A DNA stretch of 64,000 nt from a virus: positions 64,001 through 128,000 of the IMG/VR virus record IMGVR_UViG_3300030202_003006, one strand, 5' to 3'. The notes beneath the pieces were generated by a model. It saw only the letters and a list, made by a program, of their open reading frames with translations. It was not told the origin of the DNA and did not search any database. The stretch's first letter is position 1; each line of letters opens with the position of its first letter. Below, piece by piece: positions 47,501 through 56,500 of this stretch. A program made the translations under genes and the position numbers.

Positions 47501-48897
47501 ATAGTGCATGTTGTGAAACATCCTATAGATGTCATGGTACACTATGTCAATGTATAGATTGTGGTGGACCACAATGGCAAACCGGTTGTGCATATGCAAA
47601 TTTAGGGCAGTGTCAAAATGACCCACTTACTTGTTGTAGTAGTGCTACTACTGAATGGAGTTGTTATAATAATGGAGTTACGTGTGAATGTATACAGGCT
47701 CCAGGACCATATTCGTCTTTAACTCACTGTCAAACAGCTAACAATTGTTGTAAACCACCAGACCCAACTGACTGTACCGATTGTCACGCTTTTTCAGCTT
47801 TAAATGATTGTGGACAATACTTTGTACTAAAAGACATAAACCAATGGATGTTAACTGCATACGGTGGGTTGTATTCAGCATTAACAACACCTCTAGGTGT
47901 AAATCTTCACTGTGACCCTAATTATTATTTATATGACCCAGCCACTCAATGTTGTTGGATATGTGTGATGGACAAAGACGGTACTCTAGCTGGAAATAGA
48001 AACTTCCTAGGAGAAGACCCAAACCAAAGTGCGTGTTGTACAATATGGAAGGGTCAGTTATGGGGTAGTAGTCTCGCGATGGGTAATGGTTGTTGGTGCC
48101 AAGCGGACCAAAAATTTTACGATTCGGGGTGGATACCTTGTGGTGGGTCAGGACAGAATTGTTTACCACCAAACTACGAAGAAACTTGGGATTGTGATAT
48201 GCAAACACAAACGTGTTATGACCCCTTAAATGGTTCAGGTCAATACCATGCTGGAAACGGAGGATACTTGGCTTGTGTTCAAAACTGTATATCTCATGGT
48301 AACTGTAAAGATTGTGAAAATGCATTATCACCATTTTTAGACGCACCAGGAACAATTACTATGATGGGACCATGGGACCCAGCACAATCTTATAGTCATA
48401 ATGATTGTGTTACTATACAACACCATTTTGGGCCGATGCCATTACATGATGACCCAGAATGTTGTTATTGTTGTGTTAGAAAATCAGGAGGACCAGACCC
48501 TCAAGACGACGATGATGTTTTACATGGGTTGACACATAATTTAGATAACTATTATCGTCTTTTAACTCAACAAAGTAACAAATCATTAAAAAGTGTGGAT
48601 GCCTCTTTTGACGATGTTGTGTTATCGGACCCAGACGACCCTTTTAATTGTCCTATAGGGTTTGACCCAAGTCAAGGAGGTAGTATGAATGGTTCACAAT
48701 GGTTACCTTGTGGGATACAACCAAATGGTGACCCATGTGTGAAAAAGTGTAAAAAATGTTGCTGTAAAGGTAATCAACAAATACAATTAGCATCAACTAC
48801 TAATCCTTGTGTATGTCCACAAGGTTGGAATGACTGTAGCTGTAACATTATTATTGGACCTGGTGGCCCTGTAGGAATTGAACCAAGTGATGGATAA
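41533..48897 (+). CDS. Giant Cys/Pro/Gly/Thr-rich modular virion (fibre/decoration) protein
   Basis: 2454 aa; PKD-like IDWGDG motif; CBM5/12-like modules; many WxC...F/YxxxxxCxxxC repeats. Confidence 0.7.
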   Translation: MEVNKYVIRRSNPDVSWSIPCSGATNMWPINYSTNCSGSTMYSSTASQVLNALNGNMNNFPMELSDCSPTNPCVILWDVNPQPIGTVGRCQVNDFAYIEYKGFWLTTPGPVTQQVSYSELIGYYESNNFDLSTSLQSQSSSYAQMNRAWCLCDNPLGEFLYDITFSLHQDFNDIGHYSLWDGNIDQKEIFQNFVVSATTNPGGIYDGYYIQVWNTTDFGFYKTFQDSAYVIDWGDGTQSTLQYPTLIGNHQYAATAVPTYKQIKITYNAPWGPVSTTKTIVVPNLDLLGIVSQPPGPSPLLGGMPPQQVNLTGPTNTGGLPVGSSTAGHAVYGNPGTMSYMPLDSAVDINEFSGLSPMPCFTVTGITESILGSFQTYSNTTNAPGLLEPGMNISNTPGQYVVPIGGDVIDPVSNEPTPGLMGEITAANGGYTAYTVYAPTVAGNITPIEYYDFVNGITIFVAESCGLPGNTFLDSADCFQCEIDDCTYCETKDEYFNRESGVLGGPTAISVGTNYANLVPPQQWNSFTNYNIGDIVFDRTYNLCCCYMVVKDIIQSGATPSDWAGVPPAITDDGMWYPGLDINGNTLPGHHIYEPCCRQPDCDCGTCPPGTATPCNDPTNPWNSYPLTLPVGPAGPWVNGNVYNVGEFTEGPNGGCYRALSTGAHPSPVTGAGASTYWDYVTCASWACPIDPTATGCQMYTGLTQGIPGAFPFYSDCDTFFAAGECFDTQWICEDQYNCSGCIEINSSHSGYTLPIAPPVFSAQAECEAWCDPPLYSCATPTTSPCCLFMSCDILPNLYTAAMNDYFTAFGGGAPITIPNLNSLDLYLDSSICESACCETLGYQWTCTYGCQEFPGLTQSLADCVATSPAGTFGLSAECGYDCVNPCVPYVPGVSSPCMSCTDLGIFNTPGCAPFQTDAQCAQSCTADTSCYRCDCYDTQPCTLEYPCTTPSATVPGCTGPNPALGTYATASACTASCICDAGWDCYIINNPYDPNYGQPDGQGCRYVQDLNLLGTGFTFSSNGPFSALTDCCLDTGCCTVNCDEIDALYYDPAINGYTPANYIGPPNPPPPFGTGTYPCYYETVSNTSIGCYSGQSGGPYNAGFSLPFCTMADCLNWITADAPCPPAEDPLGNPTGFTCCEEEIEITCDCACSGTTAALMISPLPLNHTGAFVASGTEGYTIGDTVTYVDIDSPVCCYVCNCPDNGGVLDCNSYTPDMPLPPGQINCWESCGSTEGSAPSGCTPCLGYSATQDTYLCTTNNGCVASDDIILNPGGMGVPCVINPLFTQTQQNCYTSSTCDYECQAGCYCDDQGTPNPLDDITGCVMLQDVLNGLTPFASTNYFALSLDSCNTAITLGMDCCTGETFYCDYIDNGSVINCDSTGTLGTGCQSIYDGQPGYPGPYTSLTDCQQACTWECDSNGWQQCQFVLNSTAPVTFPSANACYVANTQPTNCYCQPSATTSWYCDNSGQSGLLPGTSNCVTSTVVAGYTTAQQQQVYGQGQITYFAGGTGFLNQTFCEEFCRYKCYDTNVGLTPPNTPCECSLDWGNNGGTTTSFYDCTGSTFSNLGYYPCCPTGTTIFCCDPILGCLGPYTPGNQPAGCLGTFSSDAQCNTECNFACGDCFGTDNCFCEFYFGPLVCTGETIYNTMADCQANYTLGQFSSTGCCDCYDCAINGGITWTYTPSDNATTWMSNSTSVPSPQNGILGDPWSSGQVGVPNGGYFAGDTVLYTNSDGVTCCYVFVNKWNTSWIDFTIDPHTYYTSYVNAVANNDFYLAYYSQVWIACDPSCAPPSIITWDCFPGTATDTCLNLTNFFQNSVGNPVPYFGDALDAVLTGWGNPNVTNSGFQAAVFQMGQYVTELMAPFAPQTPGHCQGPNGGYLHKVTGINVSGVATNPSAPAYLPTVAAGTPFSSWKGLIDALNADNWMLGNGTSPIWNVTDPLVVYNDFCIYNEGDCFGAKSIACICGGKPCDCQPVYGPGGQYATSASCYSACCETSYRCHGTLCQCIDCGGPQWQTGCAYANLGQCQNDPLTCCSSATTEWSCYNNGVTCECIQAPGPYSSLTHCQTANNCCKPPDPTDCTDCHAFSALNDCGQYFVLKDINQWMLTAYGGLYSALTTPLGVNLHCDPNYYLYDPATQCCWICVMDKDGTLAGNRNFLGEDPNQSACCTIWKGQLWGSSLAMGNGCWCQADQKFYDSGWIPCGGSGQNCLPPNYEETWDCDMQTQTCYDPLNGSGQYHAGNGGYLACVQNCISHGNCKDCENALSPFLDAPGTITMMGPWDPAQSYSHNDCVTIQHHFGPMPLHDDPECCYCCVRKSGGPDPQDDDDVLHGLTHNLDNYYRLLTQQSNKSLKSVDASFDDVVLSDPDDPFNCPIGFDPSQGGSMNGSQWLPCGIQPNGDPCVKKCKKCCCKGNQQIQLASTTNPCVCPQGWNDCSCNIIIGPGGPVGIEPSDG

Positions 48898-48941
48898 TTA
48901 AAACTCTTTTACTATTGGTGTAAAATAAAAAGTTATATGGA

Positions 48942-48949
48942 TATTTATA
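48942..48949 (+). promoter_or_regulatory. Putative late promoter TATTTATA
   Basis: 12 nt upstream of ATG 48962. Confidence 0.55.
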
Positions 48950-48961
48950 GTAAAATAAGAG

Positions 48962-49183
48962 ATGGGATTAGAAAAAGTTTATACTAGTGGGTGTATACCA
49001 CCATTAACCAAAGAAGAGGTTTTAATGAATGTATGTGAAAGACCAGAAACTAGGTCTAATATATTTATTGAAAGGGGTAAAGTTACAGTTTTTGAAACAA
49101 CACAAAGATTAGGGCAAATACCTAACTTGGGGGAGTTAACATTACACGGATATGGGTTTTATAAAATTAATAAACAAGCTTAA
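48962..49183 (+). CDS. Small structural protein (73 aa)
   Basis: TKEEVLMNV...SNIFIERGK...RLGQ...GYGFYKI. Confidence 0.7.
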   Translation: MGLEKVYTSGCIPPLTKEEVLMNVCERPETRSNIFIERGKVTVFETTQRLGQIPNLGELTLHGYGFYKINKQA

Positions 49184-49186
49184 AAT

Positions 49187-50113
49187 ATGGCATTAGGAGC
49201 ATACGGAATAAAAAGACCATCAGATGTACTACCTGATGATGTGGAAATTATAGTTCATGGGCAACCAACTAGAGACGCTACATCACAATTTACATTAACC
49301 ACGATTAATCCAGCAAGTAGTGTATTAACACCACATTATCATAATGCACAAACCAATGGTGCTGCTGGTGTGGAAATTTTAGGGGGTTTATATGATTTAA
49401 AATTACCATCTTCTATCTTTGCTAATAAAGGTATATATACTGTCTACATAAGACCAGTAGAGATTAGAACACAAATATTAGACTGTGGTATACTATCATC
49501 ACTACCAAACGTAAAAGGTCTTGTGTTTGACTTAAATAGTGTACCTTCACAATTTAGAAGTAGGTTTAGACCTAATTCATTAGTTGGGTATAGAATAGAA
49601 TATTTACAACAATCTGGTGAAAAAATACATAATTTTTTCAGAATAGTGACATCTAATTTTTATTGTGAGGCAGTGTCAGCAAAATTATCTAACCCATCCC
49701 AAAAATCACCTAGATACATATATACAAATACAGAAACTAATTTAATTTTTTGTACTTTAACACCTACTAGTGCACCTTCTAATAACCCTAACGCTATACC
49801 ATTTATAGGTCAACCAGGACAAAATGTTATAGTTACAAATACCTTCTTTAACCCTATAGTACTAGATATTGAAATGGTAGACCATGATTTCGAAACCCTT
49901 GCATTTGCACTATACGGTAATCAGACTAAATCAATTGATGATGGAATTTATACTCTATATGACTTCAATACCCCTAATCCTAATATTTACGCACAATATG
50001 ACTTATTTGAGGTTAGAGACAACTTCAATAATCAATTATTTGAAGTTAAAAGAAATAGAGGTAACAATATAGATTTTAGTAAAAATTTCACCACTATAAC
50101 CAGTAATCTATAA
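49187..50113 (+). CDS. Hypothetical structural protein
   Basis: 308 aa, in the late operon. Confidence 0.65.
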   Translation: MALGAYGIKRPSDVLPDDVEIIVHGQPTRDATSQFTLTTINPASSVLTPHYHNAQTNGAAGVEILGGLYDLKLPSSIFANKGIYTVYIRPVEIRTQILDCGILSSLPNVKGLVFDLNSVPSQFRSRFRPNSLVGYRIEYLQQSGEKIHNFFRIVTSNFYCEAVSAKLSNPSQKSPRYIYTNTETNLIFCTLTPTSAPSNNPNAIPFIGQPGQNVIVTNTFFNPIVLDIEMVDHDFETLAFALYGNQTKSIDDGIYTLYDFNTPNPNIYAQYDLFEVRDNFNNQLFEVKRNRGNNIDFSKNFTTITSNL

Positions 50114-50119
50114 TTTATT

Positions 50120-53100
50120 ATGGCTAGTAATAGATTTAGATATCCACCAGCACCAGGACACGGAGGTGATACGTTTAGTGATAATCTAGTAGGTAATCAA
50201 TACACAGACGGGTCATCTTTGATGACTTTGGGTACTTTTAGTGTAAGTGAAGAATATAGTAGAACTGTTGCGACACAAACAAAAATTGGTGGTTTTTCCA
50301 GTCCTATTACGTTAGATAGTTTAAGTGAAGCTGACCTAACACTAAATAAAAATTTAAATAGTAACGATTTAAGGGTTTATGTTAATAACGATGTTAATGA
50401 CCTATCTAGTTTTGTTCTTTATGGTTCCGCTAAAAAGAGATTAAATGTTGCGGTTGAAAATGTTATTAATAATTTTCCAGGAGCAATATATGTCGATGGA
50501 ATAGACATATACCAGAACAGCGGTAATACCACAGCATATAATATCCAATATAACCAAACTACAAAAGAAACAACATTTAGGGTTAATGTAAACTACCTAT
50601 CCAATCCATTTAATATTGAGTTTACAACTAATGGTAATTTATTAGATGGTCATTTATCACCAGAACAAGTTTTAAATAATTTAGAAGAATTTGGTAATAC
50701 TGCTAATACCATGGTAAAAATAGCAGAAAATAAAGTTTCATCTTTACGAAATCTAACCAAAGAATTTAAAAAATACTCGTTAACTTTTTCAGGTGGTGTC
50801 GGACAAGTAGAATATGATATTGTAAGTTTACAACCTCAAACCACCACTACTAACTATATAGAAATAACTGTAAAAGGAAAACCGTTTAGTATATTAAACA
50901 CAACGACTAATAAGTTTTATCTTAAACCAAACGCAACTGAAACTGAAATAGCTTTTAAAAATTTTGAAGGGGTAGAAGCTTTTCTGATGAATAGAGATGT
51001 AGCACCTATATATACAGCGACTTTTAATCTAATAAAAGAAACTATTAATGGTAGTACTTACATACAAAAGGTAAAAAAGATGTGGCCTTTACAGGACGCA
51101 ATAAATATAGACACCACCACCCCAAACTATAATATTTATATAAATTCTTTAGCGGATTTAGGTGATGAATTAGACAAACAAAAAACTAATTTGGTTTCTA
51201 GATTTTTAACTACGCCAGCCCTCAAAGAATTTGATACCTCTGACCAAAAAGTAGAAAAAACGTTACAAGTTTATGGTAGAAGTTTTGATGATATTAAATT
51301 ATTTGTTGATGGTATAGCTTATATGACTAATGTTAGTTATGATGGAATTAAAAATATACCTAATAAGTTAATAAAAAACTTTGCTCAAACCTTAGGGTGG
51401 TCAACCCCTAATACACTATCTAATGATAAATTTATGGATAGTATTCTAGGTGTCTCAAAACCTATATATTCAGGTAGTAGTATAAGTAAGACCCCAGCAG
51501 AATTAGATATAGAACTATATAGACGTATATTAATGAATACGGCTTACCTATTTAAATCTAAAGGTAGTCGTAAATCAATAGAATTTTTACTTTCTTTATT
51601 AGGAGCACCTAAAGCTTTGGTGGAGTTTAATGAGTATGTGGTAATAGCTGACGCTAAACTTAATATGGAGAAGTTTGATAGGAATTGGGAACCAATTGAA
51701 GGTGGTAGTTATACTACAGGGAGTATTAAATATAGTGTAATTACGGGGCAATTCTATGTTAGTACCGCTACCACAACACACTCATTTACTAGAAGCGATT
51801 ATCCTGTAAGTTCAATAGGGTACCCCCAAGTACCTAGAGAAAGTAATAACTACTTTTTCCAAAGAGGAGCTGGTTGGTTTGAAAGAACTAGTGAACATAA
51901 GTCAGAGTTAAAAGTTAAAACAGATTTCATAGAAGATTCTACTGGAGCGACCACAACACCAACATCAGTATTGACAGGTTGTAACCCAACCATAATAACA
52001 GAATTTGCTCCTTTTACATGGGGTGGATTTTGGACAATGGGTAAATTTTCTAACGACTTTAAAGCACCGTATTTAGATAGATTTTGGAGATTCCCACATA
52101 TGCATTATGGTTTTGGTTTAAGAAGGATTATAGACGATAAAAAATCTTGGGTAAAGATAGGGGGTGGTAACTTACCTGAACTATTGTTTGATGATACACC
52201 CACATATCGTACCCCACATTCGATAGCAACCGCACCAGTAGGATTCGACCCAAATATATTCCAAGAGAGAGTAGCTTCAGAAGATTGTTACCAACTAAGA
52301 GAGAGAAAAAAATTATTATTAGATAAATTTTTACAATTAACTGCGGCAGGAACCCACCCATTATGGAGAAAAATGTTAATTAGTAGGATTAAGTATATAG
52401 AAAAGATAGAAAAAAGAAGAGATTGTGCACCTGTAGACACTAGAAGTTTTAATTATAAAGATAGAACATCCCACTATCAGACTACTGATGAAAGATTAGT
52501 TATAAATGTTAAAAATGTAGACTTAAATTTAAATGTGGGTCAAGCTTTAGTTTATGATATTTGGGAACAATCTGTTAATTACGATTGTTTGTTTAGTGGT
52601 GGTACACTACCATATCCATACCCATCTACTGGTGGTAGATGGGATTCTACGAATCCACAAATTAACGCTAAAACAATACCTTTTAAATCATTCTTACAAC
52701 ATTTTTGGAAATTTTTTATCGATACTAAAAATAGAATGACCATTAATGATGGTAAAACAGGTGGGTACCCAACCCTACAAAAAATGTATATTGATTATTT
52801 ACAAAATAGTTGTGGTGAAAACAATAAATACACCTACAATAAAATGATTGGGTACGCACAATCAATGGGAGATTATTGGATAAGAATTGTGGAACAAATG
52901 GTTCCAGCAACAACATTATGGACTAGTGGTGTTAAGGTTGAAAATTCTGTATTCCATAGAGATAAATTTGTTTATAGGTGTTTTAGTTTATCGGGTACAG
53001 CAACCCCTTCCGCTACTACAGCATCTATTAATACAGCTTTAAGTGGATTTAGTGCTACTCCCGCACCTCAGTATAGGAATGGTGTGTTTTCTTTCGCACC

Positions 53101-53569
53101 CCCATCAAACCCAACAAATGGTACTACCTACTATAATAATATTCGTAGTGGTGCAACAGCAAACCCACTATCAACTTACGCCAATTCATATAATATAAAT
53201 AATCAAGGTAAAAAGTTTGGTAGTGAGTTAATTAGTATAGAAACAAATAAGTTAGCCAACGGGTACCAAACCAATCAGGATAAATTTACGGCACCTCCAA
53301 CCTTTACAAAACAAGGAAGTACCGATAACCTTTTATGTGTGTACGGTTTTAAAGATTTTGGTAATGAAGGACTAGAATGGGTCTTAAATTACAACTTGGG
53401 AACAAATAACCCACAACCAACATTGACCAACACTAACACTAATACTTCTTCACCACAAACAAGTGCTGTAGGTGGAGGTGGCGGTGGTGCTACAACCACC
53501 ACTACAGGTGGTGGTGGTGGAATGTCTTCTGGTGGTGGAAGCGTCGGAGGTGGCGGAGGTGGGTATTAA
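50120..53569 (+). CDS. Baseplate wedge / tail protein I (gp7)-like protein with a Gly-rich C-terminal tail
   Basis: FAQTLGW and AYLFKSKGSRKSIEFLLSLLG (KG[ST] motif of the P2 gpI / T4 gp7 family). Confidence 0.6.
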   Translation: MASNRFRYPPAPGHGGDTFSDNLVGNQYTDGSSLMTLGTFSVSEEYSRTVATQTKIGGFSSPITLDSLSEADLTLNKNLNSNDLRVYVNNDVNDLSSFVLYGSAKKRLNVAVENVINNFPGAIYVDGIDIYQNSGNTTAYNIQYNQTTKETTFRVNVNYLSNPFNIEFTTNGNLLDGHLSPEQVLNNLEEFGNTANTMVKIAENKVSSLRNLTKEFKKYSLTFSGGVGQVEYDIVSLQPQTTTTNYIEITVKGKPFSILNTTTNKFYLKPNATETEIAFKNFEGVEAFLMNRDVAPIYTATFNLIKETINGSTYIQKVKKMWPLQDAINIDTTTPNYNIYINSLADLGDELDKQKTNLVSRFLTTPALKEFDTSDQKVEKTLQVYGRSFDDIKLFVDGIAYMTNVSYDGIKNIPNKLIKNFAQTLGWSTPNTLSNDKFMDSILGVSKPIYSGSSISKTPAELDIELYRRILMNTAYLFKSKGSRKSIEFLLSLLGAPKALVEFNEYVVIADAKLNMEKFDRNWEPIEGGSYTTGSIKYSVITGQFYVSTATTTHSFTRSDYPVSSIGYPQVPRESNNYFFQRGAGWFERTSEHKSELKVKTDFIEDSTGATTTPTSVLTGCNPTIITEFAPFTWGGFWTMGKFSNDFKAPYLDRFWRFPHMHYGFGLRRIIDDKKSWVKIGGGNLPELLFDDTPTYRTPHSIATAPVGFDPNIFQERVASEDCYQLRERKKLLLDKFLQLTAAGTHPLWRKMLISRIKYIEKIEKRRDCAPVDTRSFNYKDRTSHYQTTDERLVINVKNVDLNLNVGQALVYDIWEQSVNYDCLFSGGTLPYPYPSTGGRWDSTNPQINAKTIPFKSFLQHFWKFFIDTKNRMTINDGKTGGYPTLQKMYIDYLQNSCGENNKYTYNKMIGYAQSMGDYWIRIVEQMVPATTLWTSGVKVENSVFHRDKFVYRCFSLSGTATPSATTASINTALSGFSATPAPQYRNGVFSFAPPSNPTNGTTYYNNIRSGATANPLSTYANSYNINNQGKKFGSELISIETNKLANGYQTNQDKFTAPPTFTKQGSTDNLLCVYGFKDFGNEGLEWVLNYNLGTNNPQPTLTNTNTNTSSPQTSAVGGGGGGATTTTTGGGGGMSSGGGSVGGGGGGY
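53470..53563 (+). repeat. Low-complexity GGN codon run encoding poly-Gly
   Basis: GGGGGGATTTTTGGGGGMSSGGGSVGGGGGG. Confidence 0.8.
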
Positions 53570-53579
53570 AATATAGATT

Positions 53580-56500
53580 ATGGCAGATAAAATATATAGA
53601 AGTAAAATAGATTTAAGAGTTTTAACAGATACGTTAGAATTTGTATTTTATGTTTCCGGTGATTACCCAGGAAGTGGTAAACAAACAGCTAAAGTTAATA
53701 AAAAAAAGTGGGCAACTTTTAAATACAATACCCAATATCCTGTAGAAGCTATTTATAGAATTACAGATACAAATGAAAGATTATTTCTCAGATTTGAATC
53801 CAAAAGATTAAATGTAGTTAGAGATTTAGAGATATTACCACCATCACATACAGATATCATATTAGAAGTTTTTAAGACCAATAAAGGAGTTTTTGGTTTT
53901 GAAACAGTTAAAGGTAGTGGGTGGGGAGCTTTTTTATCACACCCTAATTACTACAACACACAAATATCTCCTACAGAAGATATAGGGGAAGGAGCTTTAA
54001 AATATTTTAAAACAACAGATAGAACAAATAGAGTTGGTAAGGTACATGCGTTACAAATGGTACTTAATGATATGAATTACCCTAGTAATGGTTTTGAAAA
54101 CCTATCATTTGATATGGATATACTAAGTGAAAACTGTGGACAATACGCAAAGTCTTTAGGATTCAAAATAAATTTAGAAAATACAAGTTTATTAGAGGGC
54201 GATGTAATTGATATAATACCTGTACAACAAGTAACTAGTAGACCTACGGATATAAGTTTAACAACTACATATTTGACACTTACTCAAAAAGACCTGGTGT
54301 CTAGAGAAGTTATATATGATTATAAAAAACAATTAACACCACAAGGAGCGGTTCCAGAGGTTATAGAACTAACCAATTCTCAAGTATATACCGTAGAAAA
54401 CCCACTCAACCTAACAACCAATTTGTCTGAGTTAAACCTACCTACTAAAAACATAGTAGAGATACCTTATAATATTTCTAGAGAAGTAGAGGATGGGAAA
54501 ATTAAGGCGTCTAAAGAAATTATAAAGGACGGTAAAAAATTCTTCCCACTTAATTGGGCAAATGAGTTAAGAGATAACGATATATTTTCTTCATCTAGAA
54601 AATGTTTAGACCTTTCTTTCGCAAATAAAGAACAACAGATTTCATTTATAGATAAATTAAAACAACAACAGATAGGGAGTATAGAAACCTTCCCGTTTGT
54701 GAGTGATTCTGGAGAATTACACCACTCTAATAGAAATTATGTTAAGTTAAGTCAATGGATTAATAGAAGTAAATTAGATACATTTAATGATATAGATTTT
54801 TCTTACACAACTGATGGTTTAATTGATAGTGTTACAATATGTCCTAAGAAAAGATGTATGGTAAATAAAGCGGGTGGGAGAGAAAATACACTAAAATCTA
54901 ATGAAGCTCCAAGACCAACCCAATATCCAAATGGTAGTATAATACCTAATAACCTACCCCAATCTTACGGTAAACCTCAAGTAAAGGGTCAAAACTGTAA
55001 AAATTGTATATTCGCGAATGACGGTTATTGTAATAAATGGAGTGCTGTGGTACGTAACAATTACTGGTGTCAATCCTGGGGTGGTGGAGGTACTAATTCA
55101 GGTAATTATGCTCCGATAAGTGCAAATAGTAATTCAGATTTTTGTTTTACAACATATAGTGAGTCAGGTAGTACTACAGTATACTCCTCTTTCACAACCA
55201 ACGCTAGAAGTAAATACAAATCAAATCGTACGTATGATTTACATATAAGTGGTGAAACTTTTTCTGGGAATACTATCATACCTATTAGTGATATAGAGTC
55301 TCAAAAAAATGTAAAATTAATGGGTGATGACACGGAATTATATCGTGCATATGCCTTTAGTAATGTATATAGTAAAAATGGTGGGTATCTAAGAATTAAC
55401 AATAATGATTCTAGTGATTATATGACTTATACGGTGTCAGCTACTGGTATATATAGGTTAACTTATAAAGCTTATCTAGATATAGAATATAAGGATACAA
55501 AATGGTGTGACTACCTCGAAAGAAGCTACCCCACTAGTTTTGTAGGTAACTACCCAGCAACCGACTATCAAATTAAAAGATTAATTAATAAATCAATTAT
55601 CCAAGAAGGGAAAGGAGAGAGAGAAAGAGTAATGCAGGATACTGGTTTTAAATTTAATCCAGGATATAGGTATAAGTCAGATGTACCATCTAGAGAAGAT
55701 AAAATAGATATACCTAATAATACTGGGATAGAAAAATTTACATTTGAAGCCTCTATAAGTAAAAAAGCAGCAACCGGTGGTACACCTACTAATTTAGCTT
55801 CATTTAGTGTATTAAGGTGTTCTTTAGATGGGTCAGCAAATCGTTATTTAACTTTAGAAGTAAATGAAAACGATAAAACTATTAGTGGTAGTAATGTATG
55901 TATTTCGGCTAATACTTCAGCCTCTACGATATTCACTAAAAGATTACCTGTTATCGTGGACACAGGGTTTATAAATTTAAGTAGTGGTGAAACAGTAACC
56001 TTAAAATACGATTCACAATGGATAACAAGTTCCAAAGGAGGTTATTATGGACAAACTGGAACAGCAAACCTTATTTTAAGGTTAGGCCATAAAAAAGATG
56101 ATGAGGGTAATATAATTGAAAAACCATATTATAGAGTAATAAAGTCTTCTGACACACAAGTAGGTAAAAAATTATTTTTTGACACATCTAAAAAATCTAA
56201 ACCATTTAAAATGGTTATAGGGAATTATAGTAGAGAAATTTCTTTAGATGGTTCTTTATATATATCGGATACTTCTTGTGGTAATATAAGTACACCGATT
56301 ATCAACTCTACAACATTTCCACAACAAAAATTTCTAGATACCACAGCTCCAGAAAATAAATTAGTGTGGGACGTAACATCCAATAAAAAACCAGTAAATC
56401 AATGGCAAAGTCTGGTAGAAGGTAATCAAGTTAAAGACTACACTGTAAGTAAAAATAAAGGTAGTATGGTAGAAATGGGAAAAGACGGACTATTTTACTT

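Noticed and set aside
41533-48897. Eukaryotic or giant-virus contamination, or a chimeric assembly, as the source of the Cys-rich gene
   Set aside because: It shows TAATG coupling to the upstream gene, similar codon style and the same S/T-G/A-x-T motif as its neighbours, and its module is shared with the 53580 gene.
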